Positions 18,535 through 26,770 of a DNA stretch of 32,000 nt are shown in pieces (the first letter of the stretch is position 1; the number at the start of each line of letters is the position of its first letter). Position numbers and translations under genes: made by a program. The notes beneath the pieces are model-generated. The model saw nothing but the letters and a program-made list of their open reading frames with translations, made no database searches and was not told where the DNA came from. Origin of the DNA: Geotalea daltonii FRC-32 (GTDB lineage: Bacteria > Desulfobacterota > Desulfuromonadia > Geobacterales > Geobacteraceae); the NCBI RefSeq assembly GCF_000022265.1, contig NC_011979.1, forward strand, positions 1,950,001 through 1,982,000, read 5' to 3'.

Positions 18535-19113
18535 TTAAGATTCGGTCAACAGGATAGCATCGGCTATCTGGCGCAACGACTTTCGCTTGTCCATGGCCAG
18601 TTTCTGCATTTTGCGAAAAGCCTCCGGTTCTGTCAGACCCTGGCTACGCATGAGCACCCCCTTTGCTCTTTCGATGACCTTTCTGCTTTCTATGGTTTCC
18701 TTCAGATCTTCCACCTGTTCCCTGAGTTCGTCCATTTCGTGGGCGTGGGCAAAGGCCAGCTCCATTGCAGGCCACAGGTCCTGGTCGCGGAACGGCTTGG
18801 TCAGGAATGCGGCTACACCCGCTTCTTTTGCCTTGGCCACTGTCTGCTGGTCCATGCAGGCGGTCAAGAGCAGAATCGGCACTTTCAGTTTTTTGCGGAT
18901 GGCCTTTGCTGCGCTGATGCCATCCATTTTCGGCATGGAAACATCTAAAATGGCAATGTCCGGCAGGCGGCTCAAGGCCGATGCAACAGCCGCCTCTCCG
19001 TCACTGCATTCTATTATTTCGGCAAAGCCGAGATCCTTCAGCTTATTTTTTAGGCTCATCCTCAGAACCGGCTCGTCGTCGCATATCAGTACGCTTCTCA
19101 ATAGAATCACCAC
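18535..19113 (-). CDS. Response regulator with receiver and ANTAR RNA-binding domains
   Basis: REC motifs (ICDDEP, DVSMPKMDG, LTKPF). C-terminal ANTAR region: IESRKVIERAKGVLMRSQGLTEPEAFRKMQKLAMDKRKSLRQIA. The exact start (GTG 19113, GTG 19110 or TTG 19101) is uncertain. Confidence 0.9.
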   Translation of the reverse strand: MVILLRSVLICDDEPVLRMSLKNKLKDLGFAEIIECSDGEAAVASALSRLPDIAILDVSMPKMDGISAAKAIRKKLKVPILLLTACMDQQTVAKAKEAGVAAFLTKPFRDQDLWPAMELAFAHAHEMDELREQVEDLKETIESRKVIERAKGVLMRSQGLTEPEAFRKMQKLAMDKRKSLRQIADAILLTES

Positions 19114-19239
19114 CTTATCATGATTTTGCCCTGTAATTACAGCTCTCTACATTATTGAAACAGCACAAAGCATTCCAAAGGCGAAGAAGTGGTGGTATAT
19201 AGATAGGCAGGCTTGTTACAAATTTTTCAGGAGTCAATA

Positions 19240-20250
19240 TTGAAAAAGAAAATTGCCATTATTGCCGTACTGGCCATATTGACTGCGGCTATTGCTTACT
19301 TCGTGTTGCGCGAAGAACCCGATACAAAAAGACTGGCTGTTTCCGGCACCATAGAGGTGGTTTCGGTGGAGGCCAGCTTCAAGGTCCCCGGCAGGGTCAA
19401 ATCCCGCCTGGTGGATGAGGGAGAGACGGTCCGAGTCGGCCAGGTTCTGGCCCTCTTGGAACCGGAGGACCTGAGCCATGATGTGGCACGCCTTGAAGCG
19501 GATAGGTCGGTGATGGAGGCTTCACTGGCCGAGCTTGAAGCCGGGTCGCGCCGCGAGGAAATTGCCCAGGCCCAGGCAGCTGCAGCCAGGGCAGAGGCTG
19601 AAGCCAACCGGCTGGAAAAGGAATATCAGAGGGACAAAGCCCTGTTTGCCAGGGAAGTGATTTCCCAGAGACAACTGGATGCATCCGGAACTGCCTTTGA
19701 GACTTCCCGGGCGGCTGTCAGCGAGGCAAGGGAGGGGCTGGCTCTGGTGCGCAAAGGCCCTCGCCGGGAAAAGATCGATCAGGCCAGGGGACGGCTTAAG
19801 GAAGCGCAGGCGGCCCTCGCCCAGGCTGAGACGAGACTTGGATATGCCACGTTGACCTCCCCCATCTCGGGATTGGTGCTGTCCAAACATGCGGAACCGG
19901 GTGAACTGGTGGCTGCGGGCACCCCCGTTGTCACTCTGGGGGACATCACCGATACCTGGCTGCGCGCTTACATCAGTGAGACCGATCTTGGTCGCGTTAA
20001 GGTGGGACAAGCGGTGCTGGTGAAGGTAGATACCTATCCAGGCAGGAGCTACCGCGGCAAGGTAACGTTCATTTCTCCGGAGGCCGAGTTTACGCCGAAA
20101 AATGTACAGACCGAAAAGGAGCGGGTAAAACTGGTCTATCGCATCAAAATTACGGTCCCCAATCCACAGATGGAGCTGAAGCCGGGCATGCCTGCCGACG
20201 CGGAAATTCTTCTATCTGCGCACCCTCCCTCAATCCCCCCTGTGGAATAG
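19240..20250 (+). CDS. HlyD-family membrane fusion/periplasmic adaptor protein
   Basis: N-terminal TM, coiled-coil-rich middle and a C-terminal beta-barrel region (TFISPEAEFTPKNVQT). The TTG start at 19240 has AGGAG 7 nt upstream; the ORF track gives 19213. Confidence 0.85.
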   Translation: MKKKIAIIAVLAILTAAIAYFVLREEPDTKRLAVSGTIEVVSVEASFKVPGRVKSRLVDEGETVRVGQVLALLEPEDLSHDVARLEADRSVMEASLAELEAGSRREEIAQAQAAAARAEAEANRLEKEYQRDKALFAREVISQRQLDASGTAFETSRAAVSEAREGLALVRKGPRREKIDQARGRLKEAQAALAQAETRLGYATLTSPISGLVLSKHAEPGELVAAGTPVVTLGDITDTWLRAYISETDLGRVKVGQAVLVKVDTYPGRSYRGKVTFISPEAEFTPKNVQTEKERVKLVYRIKITVPNPQMELKPGMPADAEILLSAHPPSIPPVE

Positions 20251-20258
20251 GGGGGATT
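20232..20258 (+). other. Hairpin overlapping the HlyD stop codon
   Basis: AATCCCCCC-N9-GGGGGGATT, a perfect 9-bp stem. Confidence 0.6.
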
Positions 20259-20281
20259 CGAACGCAAGTGAGTAGAGGGAT

Positions 20282-21229
20282 GTGAGAATTATGGATGCCA
20301 TCAAGATCGACAACCTGACCAAACGCTTCGATGCCATGATTGCCGTTGATGGCCTGACACTCACCGTCTCCAGAGGGGAATTGTTCGGCCTGGTCGGTTC
20401 CGACGGGGCGGGGAAAACCACCACCATGCGCATGCTCGCCGGTATCATGGATCCAAGCTCTGGTGATGCATGGATCATGGACAGGCATGCGGGGCGGGAA
20501 GGTGAGTCCCTTAAAGGGAGCATTGGATACATGAGCCAGCGTTTCGGACTGTATCCCGACCTGACGGTGCTGGAAAACATCCATTTCTTCGCTGATATCC
20601 ACGGCTTGCCACAAAAGGGGCGGCAGGAAAAAATCGACCGGCTGCTGGCCTTCAGTAACCTCACCCCGTTCAAAAAACGTCGCGCCGGTAATCTTTCCGG
20701 GGGCATGAAGCAGAAGCTGGGGCTGGCATGCGCCCTGATCCATACGCCGCAGGTACTTTTCCTGGACGAGCCGACCAATGGCGTCGACCCGGTTTCGCGG
20801 CGCGATTTCTGGCGCATTCTTTACCAGCTGCTCAAGGATGGCGTGACCATCTTCGTCGCCACCGCTTATCTGGATGAGGCTGACCGGTGCAACAGGGTGG
20901 GGCTGATCCACAAGGGAAAGCTGGTCGCATGCGGCACTCCCCAGGAGTTGAAACAGCTGATGCCGGGGGGGATTCTTGAAGTGCACACCGGCAATGCTCG
21001 CGCCTGTTTGCAGATTCTGCACCGGAAGCTGGAGGGTTACCAGGTCGGACTGTTCGGCGATCGTCTGCACATTGTCAGCGAAACCCCGGAGAAGACGCAG
21101 CTCCTGGTGCAGGACCTGCTAGGGGGCGAGGGTGTCGAAATTGTCAGCATTCGGCAGATCGAACCGTCCCTGGAGGATATATTTATTTCCGTCATAGGGG
21201 AAGAGGACGTCCATGCCACAGCCGGATGA
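20282..21229 (+). CDS. ABC transporter ATP-binding protein (first of two)
   Basis: Walker A GSDGAGKTT, signature LSGGMKQKL, Walker B VLFLDEP. The start may instead be ATG 20291. Confidence 0.9.
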   Translation: MRIMDAIKIDNLTKRFDAMIAVDGLTLTVSRGELFGLVGSDGAGKTTTMRMLAGIMDPSSGDAWIMDRHAGREGESLKGSIGYMSQRFGLYPDLTVLENIHFFADIHGLPQKGRQEKIDRLLAFSNLTPFKKRRAGNLSGGMKQKLGLACALIHTPQVLFLDEPTNGVDPVSRRDFWRILYQLLKDGVTIFVATAYLDEADRCNRVGLIHKGKLVACGTPQELKQLMPGGILEVHTGNARACLQILHRKLEGYQVGLFGDRLHIVSETPEKTQLLVQDLLGGEGVEIVSIRQIEPSLEDIFISVIGEEDVHATAG

Positions 21230-22184
21230 ATATGCCGTGTCCCTGCGCAACCTGGAAAAGCGCTTCGGCGACTTTGCCGCCGTGGACAGGATCAGTCTCG
21301 ACGTGGGGAAGGGGGAGATCTTCGGCTTTCTGGGACCGAACGGCGCCGGTAAATCCACCACCATCCGTATGCTCTGCGGCATCTTGCCTCCCAGTGACGG
21401 ATCGGGAACCGTTGCCGGTTTCGACGTCATCAACGAGACCGAGTCCATCAAGAAGAACATCGGCTATATGAGCCAGCGGTTTTCCCTCTACGAAGACCTG
21501 ACAGTCGAGGAAAATATCGACTTCTACAGCGGCATTTACAGGATTGCGCCCGAAAAACGGCAGGTGCGCAAGGATTGGGTCATCAGGATGGCCGGGCTGG
21601 AATCCCACCGCAATTCCCCTGCTTCAGTCCTTTCCGGAGGCTGGAAGCAGCGGCTGGCACTTGGCTGTGCCATTCTCCATGAGCCCCCCATCGTCTTTCT
21701 CGACGAACCCACCTCCGGTGTGGACCCGGCAAGCCGCCGCAATTTTTGGGATCTCATCTATCGCATGGCCGGAGAAGGCACAACCGTCTTCGTCACCACC
21801 CATTACATGGACGAAGCTGAGTACTGCGACCGCCTGGGCCTCATCTATCGGGGCCAACTGATTGCACTGGGAACACCCGCCCAGCTGAAGACGGAGTTCA
21901 TGACGGAAGAGGTCATCGAGCTGAAATGCCATGGGGCACAGGAACTGATGGAGGAAGTGGAGGCTCTGGACGGGGTGAAACATGCCGCCCTTTACGGCAA
22001 CGGCCTGCATGTGGTGACCGTTGACGGGGAAAAGTCCATTTCAGCTATCAGTGCACTGCTTGCCGGGAAAGGGATTGCCGCCGACCGGCTGGAGAAGATC
22101 GTGCCCTCCCTGGAGGATGTGTTTGTTTCCCTGATCGAGATGCGGGACCGGCAGGAGTCTCCCCAGCGGGAGTTCAGCCGGTAA
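21213..22184 (+). CDS. ABC transporter ATP-binding protein (second of two)
   Basis: Walker A GPNGAGKST, signature LSGGWKQRL, Walker B IVFLDEP. It overlaps the upstream gene by 17 nt. Confidence 0.9.
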   Translation: MPQPDEYAVSLRNLEKRFGDFAAVDRISLDVGKGEIFGFLGPNGAGKSTTIRMLCGILPPSDGSGTVAGFDVINETESIKKNIGYMSQRFSLYEDLTVEENIDFYSGIYRIAPEKRQVRKDWVIRMAGLESHRNSPASVLSGGWKQRLALGCAILHEPPIVFLDEPTSGVDPASRRNFWDLIYRMAGEGTTVFVTTHYMDEAEYCDRLGLIYRGQLIALGTPAQLKTEFMTEEVIELKCHGAQELMEEVEALDGVKHAALYGNGLHVVTVDGEKSISAISALLAGKGIAADRLEKIVPSLEDVFVSLIEMRDRQESPQREFSR

Positions 22185-22255
22185 GATTGCTTGAGGCCTG
22201 GCCGGAGTAAGGGGCAAACACCGGCAACGTATGCAGCCTTAGCCCCTCCCCCTAA

Positions 22256-22278
22256 CCCCCTCCCATAAAGGGAGGGGG
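22256..22278 (+). other. C-rich/G-rich hairpin in the ATPase-permease intergenic region
   Basis: CCCCCTCCC-ATAAA-GGGAGGGGG, a perfect 9-bp stem. Confidence 0.6.
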
Positions 22279-22294
22279 GACGAAAGTATAAATC

Positions 22295-23428
22295 ATGAAG
22301 ATACAGCGCATCAAGGCCGTTGCCCGAAAAGAATTTCTCCATGTCTTCCGCGACTGGCGCAGTCTGGGTATGGGCATTGCCATACCCATGATCATGCTTT
22401 TTCTTTTCGGCTATGCCCTGACCCTGGATGTGGACCGGGTTCCACTTATCGTCTGGGACCAGAGCAATAGTCCTGCCAGCCGGGAATTTGTCAGTGGTTT
22501 TACCGGTTCGCACTTTTTTGCCCTGCAGGGCCATGCTGCCGGTTACCAGGAGATAGAACAGGCTATAGATGACCGCTCGGCGCTGATTGCCCTTGTTGTT
22601 CCCCGCGACTTCGCCCGTTCCATCGAAGCGGGAAAAACCGTGGCGGTGCAGGCCATACTTGACGGCAGCGATCCCAACACCGCCACCTTTGCCCTGGGTT
22701 ATGCCGAGGCCGTCACCGGCAGCTTCTCCCGCAAGGTGGTCCTGGAGAGACTCAACCGAATGGGGATGCCTCCGTCCCGTGCCGGGATAGACATAAGGCC
22801 GCGGGTTTGGTTCAACAGCGACATGGTCTCCAAGAACTACATTTTTCCCGGCCTCATCGCCATAGTCATGATGGTGATCGCCTCCCTGCTTACCTCACTG
22901 ACCATAGCCAGGGAATGGGAAAACGGTACCATGGAGCAGCTCCTGGCGACGCCGGTGACAGGTCCCGAGCTGATCCTGGGCAAACTTACGCCCTACTTTG
23001 CCATCGGCCTCCTTGACCTCATCCTCTGTGTCATCGTCGGCGAGTTCTTCTTTGCCATCCCGCTCCGGGGGAGCCTGGTGCTGCTTTTCGCACTGTCGCT
23101 TCTCTTCCTGCTGGGGGCTCTGGGGCTCGGCATGCTGATCAGCATCGTCACCAAGAGTCAGCTGGTCGCTTCCCAACTGGCCCTGGTGGCGACCATGCTC
23201 CCCGCCTTTCTTCTTTCGGGATTCATCTTCCCCATCGAGAACATGCCGGTCCCGATCCAATTCGTTACACGCCTGGTATCAGCCAGCTATTTCGTCGTGC
23301 TCATCAGGGGGATTTACCTGAAGGATGTGGGGCTGAACATTCTTGCGGTGGAAACCACTTTTCTTGCCGTCTTTTGCTTGGCGGTCATAGCCCTTTCGGT
23401 GGCGAGGCTGAAGAAGAAGATAGAATAA
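22295..23428 (+). CDS. ABC-2 type transporter permease
   Basis: 377 aa. One N-terminal TM, a large extracytoplasmic loop, then 5 C-terminal TMs, as in YbhS/YbhR-type permeases. Confidence 0.9.
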   Translation: MKIQRIKAVARKEFLHVFRDWRSLGMGIAIPMIMLFLFGYALTLDVDRVPLIVWDQSNSPASREFVSGFTGSHFFALQGHAAGYQEIEQAIDDRSALIALVVPRDFARSIEAGKTVAVQAILDGSDPNTATFALGYAEAVTGSFSRKVVLERLNRMGMPPSRAGIDIRPRVWFNSDMVSKNYIFPGLIAIVMMVIASLLTSLTIAREWENGTMEQLLATPVTGPELILGKLTPYFAIGLLDLILCVIVGEFFFAIPLRGSLVLLFALSLLFLLGALGLGMLISIVTKSQLVASQLALVATMLPAFLLSGFIFPIENMPVPIQFVTRLVSASYFVVLIRGIYLKDVGLNILAVETTFLAVFCLAVIALSVARLKKKIE

Positions 23429-23446
23429 GGAGTGAGGAGTGAGGCT

Positions 23447-23618
23447 GGCTGCTGTGACTTCGTCCGTTCGTTCGGTCGCCACAGCTGCGGACCTTGCGGT
23501 GTCAATTTATATCAACGAGCCGGTAAACGATTGCCGCGAATGCGCCTCTGTTGCATCATTGGGCGGGTGTCCGCTCGCCGCTGCGGCTCTGTCACTCTCT
23601 CCCGAAGCCACAGCAGCC
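23447..23618. repeat. Long-range inverted repeat bracketing a ~170-bp structured intergenic element
   Basis: GGCTGCTGTGACTTCG (23447-23462) against CGAAGCCACAGCAGCC (23603-23618), 15/16 complementary. Preceded by the tandem GGAGTGA GGAGTGA at 23429-23442. Confidence 0.45.
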
Positions 23619-23645
23619 TGACCGGCTGCGGTTAAAAATAATAGG

Positions 23646-24782
23646 ATGGGTATGCTGGAACGGCTCAAAGCCATGCTGATCAAAGAGTTCATCCAGGTGC
23701 TGCGGGATCGCCGCATGCGCTTCATCATCTTTGTGGTGCCGGCGGTGCAGACGATAGTTTTCGGCTATGCCGTAAATACCGATGTGAGGAATGTGGCGAC
23801 GGCCGTCTATGACCTGGACAACACCAGGGAGAGCCGGGAGCTGGTGGCCCGCTTCGTTTCCTCCGGATATTTCAATGTTAAGGAATACATAGCCCGCGAG
23901 AGCAGAGTGCGGGATCTGGTTGATCGTGGCAAAGCGAAGGCGGTGCTGCGCATCGACAGCGGCTTCGGCCGGACCCTTGGCGCCGGCAATACCGCTCCGG
24001 TGCAGCTGATACTCGATGGTACCGACTCCAACACGGCCGGTATCGTCTTAAGCCACGCGGTCAGGATTGCCGCCCGTTATAGTGAGGATCTACAGGCAGG
24101 ACAGCTGGCCAGGAGCAGCGGCCGCGTGCAGTCTCCTGGCGGCGTGCACCTTGAGAGCCGGGCCTGGTTTAACAGCAACCTGGAGAGCCGCAATTTTTAT
24201 GTGCCTGCGGTCATCACCAATATCGTCTTCATCATTACCATGCTTCTTTCCAGCATGGCCATCGTCCGGGAAAAGGAGATCGGCACCATTGAGCAGATCA
24301 TCGTCACCCCCATCAGGAAGACCGAGTTTATCCTCGGCAAAACAATTCCTTTTGTCATAATCGGTTTTATCGATGTGGGACTTATCTCGGCAGTTGGCGC
24401 CTACTGGTTTGATGTACCGATCAGGGGCAGTTTCACACTTCTCTTTGCTGCCACCGGGCTTTTTCTCATGAGCTCCCTCGGCATCGGGCTTCTCATCTCA
24501 ACTGTCAGCCGGACCCAGCAGCAGGCCATGATGAGCGCCTTTATGGTCATCTTTCCCGCAATGTTGCTGTCGGGTTTTGCCTTTCCCATCGAGAACATGC
24601 CCACCCCTGTCCAGTGGCTGACCTTGCTCAATCCGATCCGCTATTACCTGGTGATCATTCGCGGTATTTTTCTCAAAGGAACGGGCATGGATATCCTCTG
24701 GCCACAGCTTGCAGCCCTTGCTGTTCTCGGCCTGGTAATCCTTCTCTTTTCCGTGCGGCGCTTCCGCAAGACGCTCTCCTGA
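23646..24782 (+). CDS. ABC-2 type transporter permease (paralogue of the previous gene)
   Basis: 378 aa with the same topology and conserved blocks (GFAFPIENMPTPVQWLT compared with GFIFPIENMPVPIQFVT). Confidence 0.9.
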   Translation: MGMLERLKAMLIKEFIQVLRDRRMRFIIFVVPAVQTIVFGYAVNTDVRNVATAVYDLDNTRESRELVARFVSSGYFNVKEYIARESRVRDLVDRGKAKAVLRIDSGFGRTLGAGNTAPVQLILDGTDSNTAGIVLSHAVRIAARYSEDLQAGQLARSSGRVQSPGGVHLESRAWFNSNLESRNFYVPAVITNIVFIITMLLSSMAIVREKEIGTIEQIIVTPIRKTEFILGKTIPFVIIGFIDVGLISAVGAYWFDVPIRGSFTLLFAATGLFLMSSLGIGLLISTVSRTQQQAMMSAFMVIFPAMLLSGFAFPIENMPTPVQWLTLLNPIRYYLVIIRGIFLKGTGMDILWPQLAALAVLGLVILLFSVRRFRKTLS

Positions 24783-24986
24783 TTCGGCGGCTTACCCTTG
24801 CGCGGTCCTTGCGGATCAGGGCTTAGCTGAATCATCTCCAGATGGGTATGCACCCTCTCTTTGCTTCCATTCCACCAGACTGCTGTTCAAATAACTAATT
24901 TTCCACCATTCCCGTTGATTGAATAAATCTCCCGGCGTGGTACACTCCATTAATAATTATATTTTAATGTGTGGTTGGAGAAACCT

Positions 24987-26453
24987 ATGCCGCGACAGAG
25001 TCCCAGGATAAAAGCGATTCTTCCCGCAAAGCTCGACACCTCTTCATCAAAAATTGAGACAGAAATTATCGATCTTGGACTCGATGGTGCCTATCTCAAG
25101 GTTTTACCTCCTGCTTTCCGCGACAAGATCCCATTGAACACCAAGGTCCTGTTGCAGTACGACCTTTTTGGTCAGGGACTTTTCGAGCATCGGGGAAACA
25201 TTGTCAGAAAGGATGGCCTGGGCTACGGAGTGCAATTTGCCGGCATCGACCGCATGACAAAAAACAAGCTTTGGCAGCTCATTGCCGGAAATTTCGACAA
25301 CACGGGGAGCTGTCCCTTCTGCGGTGAAAGTTATGGCCTTCTGCCGCCGGTATGCAAAAGTTGCGGCTGGCAGCTGGATTTCAATCCCCCTGGTTATCTT
25401 GACTACCATGAAAGGACCTGTCTGCTGAACAGGGTAAACGGCAACCTTGCAAAATTCGATCTGGACCAGCTGCAAAAGGTCTCCGGTTTTATCGATACGG
25501 ATATCCTCAAGCTGAAAGGGAACGATGACCTTGACCAGTTTGTCGGCACCGGCAAGGCGATGCTGGATGTTTTTGCCAATATCCGCAAGGTGGCGCCCAC
25601 CGATCTCACGGTGTTGATTTTGGGCGAAAGCGGTACCGGCAAGGAACTCACCGCCCAGGCGATCCACGAAAGAAGCCCACGCAAGGACAAGCCGTTCGTG
25701 GCGATAAACTGTGCCGCAATCCCGGATAATCTCCTGGAAGCCGAGCTGTTTGGTCACGAAAAGGGTGCTTTCACCGGTGCACATACCACGAAGAAGGGAA
25801 AATTCGAATATGCCGACAACGGCACGATCTTTCTCGACGAGATAGGGGACATGCCTTCCAACCTCCAGGCCAAGCTGCTGCGCTTCCTGCAGGACAAGAT
25901 CGTGGAAAGGGTCGGCACCGTCGGCGGAAAAAAAGTGAACGTAAGGGTTATTGCCGCCACCAACAGGGATCTCAGCGTGGCCATTGCCGAAGGCAAATTC
26001 CGCAGCGACCTTTACTACCGCCTTGACGAATTCGCCATCAACCTGCCACCGGTACGGGAAAGGGGGGAGGATACCCTGATACTGGCTAAATATTTCCTGA
26101 ACAAGTTTTCCCGGGAGGGGGGGCTGGCGAAGACCTTTACCAAGGAAGCCATCGATGTCATCAATAATTACGACTGGCCGGGAAATGTCAGGGAGATAAT
26201 CAACAAGGTCAGACGGTCCATCGTCATGGCTACGGGCAGATATGTGACCCCGGCGGATCTGATGCTGGACGTGGCGAAGGTTGAGGACGGAGCAGGCAAC
26301 AGCGATCTGAGCAGTGCCGTGGCCGTTCTGGAGAAGGAGAAGATAAAAGAGGTGTTCAAAAGCTGCAACTACAACATCTCTACGGCTGCCAAGCTGCTGG
26401 GGGTGAGCCGCCCCACCCTCTATCGGCGGATGAAAATCTACGGCATAGAGTGA
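24987..26453 (+). CDS. Sigma-54-dependent transcriptional activator with N-terminal PilZ domain and CxxC-N12-CxxC zinc ribbon
   Basis: Start at ATG 24987 (GGAG 7 nt upstream). PilZ motifs RQSPR and DLGLDG. Zinc ribbon CPFCGESYGLLPPVCKSC. AAA+ Walker A GESGTGKE, GAFTGA loop and a C-terminal Fis-type HTH (AAKLLGVSRPTLYRRMK). Confidence 0.9.
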   Translation: MPRQSPRIKAILPAKLDTSSSKIETEIIDLGLDGAYLKVLPPAFRDKIPLNTKVLLQYDLFGQGLFEHRGNIVRKDGLGYGVQFAGIDRMTKNKLWQLIAGNFDNTGSCPFCGESYGLLPPVCKSCGWQLDFNPPGYLDYHERTCLLNRVNGNLAKFDLDQLQKVSGFIDTDILKLKGNDDLDQFVGTGKAMLDVFANIRKVAPTDLTVLILGESGTGKELTAQAIHERSPRKDKPFVAINCAAIPDNLLEAELFGHEKGAFTGAHTTKKGKFEYADNGTIFLDEIGDMPSNLQAKLLRFLQDKIVERVGTVGGKKVNVRVIAATNRDLSVAIAEGKFRSDLYYRLDEFAINLPPVRERGEDTLILAKYFLNKFSREGGLAKTFTKEAIDVINNYDWPGNVREIINKVRRSIVMATGRYVTPADLMLDVAKVEDGAGNSDLSSAVAVLEKEKIKEVFKSCNYNISTAAKLLGVSRPTLYRRMKIYGIE

Positions 26454-26555
26454 GATGTAACAAGGAGAAAGGACGGCCAGGTGTATCAGAATTTTACAGA
26501 TTCACTGCTCCGTTGGATGTCCAAGTTGCTGAAAAATAAAGAACCACCGATGACC

Positions 26556-26585
26556 GTAACACCTGCTTAACAGATGTCAGGTTAC
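26556..26585. promoter_or_regulatory. Candidate upstream activator sequence (imperfect inverted repeat)
   Basis: GTAACACCTG-N12-CAGGTTAC lies ~110-135 bp upstream of the -24/-12 promoter. Further TGTAAC/GTTACA half-sites occur at 26456 and 26672. Confidence 0.3.
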
Positions 26586-26692
26586 ACATTTTTAACAATC
26601 TTTACAGAAATGGTTGCCACAGGAACCTGAACTGGAAGCAAAAAATAATAAAGATGTAGGAATAGCAGTGGGTTACAAATAAAGATGAGAGG

Positions 26693-26707
26693 TGGCACAT
26701 CAATTGC
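26693..26707 (+). promoter_or_regulatory. Sigma-54 (-24/-12) promoter
   Basis: TGGCAC-ATCAA-TTGC is an exact match to the TGGCAC-N5-TTGC consensus, ~60 nt upstream of the 26771 ATG and downstream of a sigma-54 activator gene. Confidence 0.75.
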
Positions 26708-26770
26708 CATAAGAGAAATAAGAGCAACGGCAGAGCGCCTTGCCAAAATCTAATTCTAGGAGGATATGTT

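Noticed and set aside
18009-18948. ORFs 18226-18948 (+) and 18009-18329 (-) across the htpX leader
   Set aside because: They overlap the ANTAR gene, htpX and the riboswitch. The region is better explained by a promoter, a yybP-ykoY aptamer and a terminator.
20150-22534. Several minus-strand ORFs (306, 195, 138, 128 and 180 aa)
   Set aside because: All are antisense or off-frame to the two ABC ATPase genes and the first permease, which carry Walker and signature motifs.
23439-23621. 60-aa ORF in the permease-permease intergenic region
   Set aside because: It is Ala/Ser-rich with no RBS, and it coincides with the inverted-repeat element. It is more likely a structured non-coding region.
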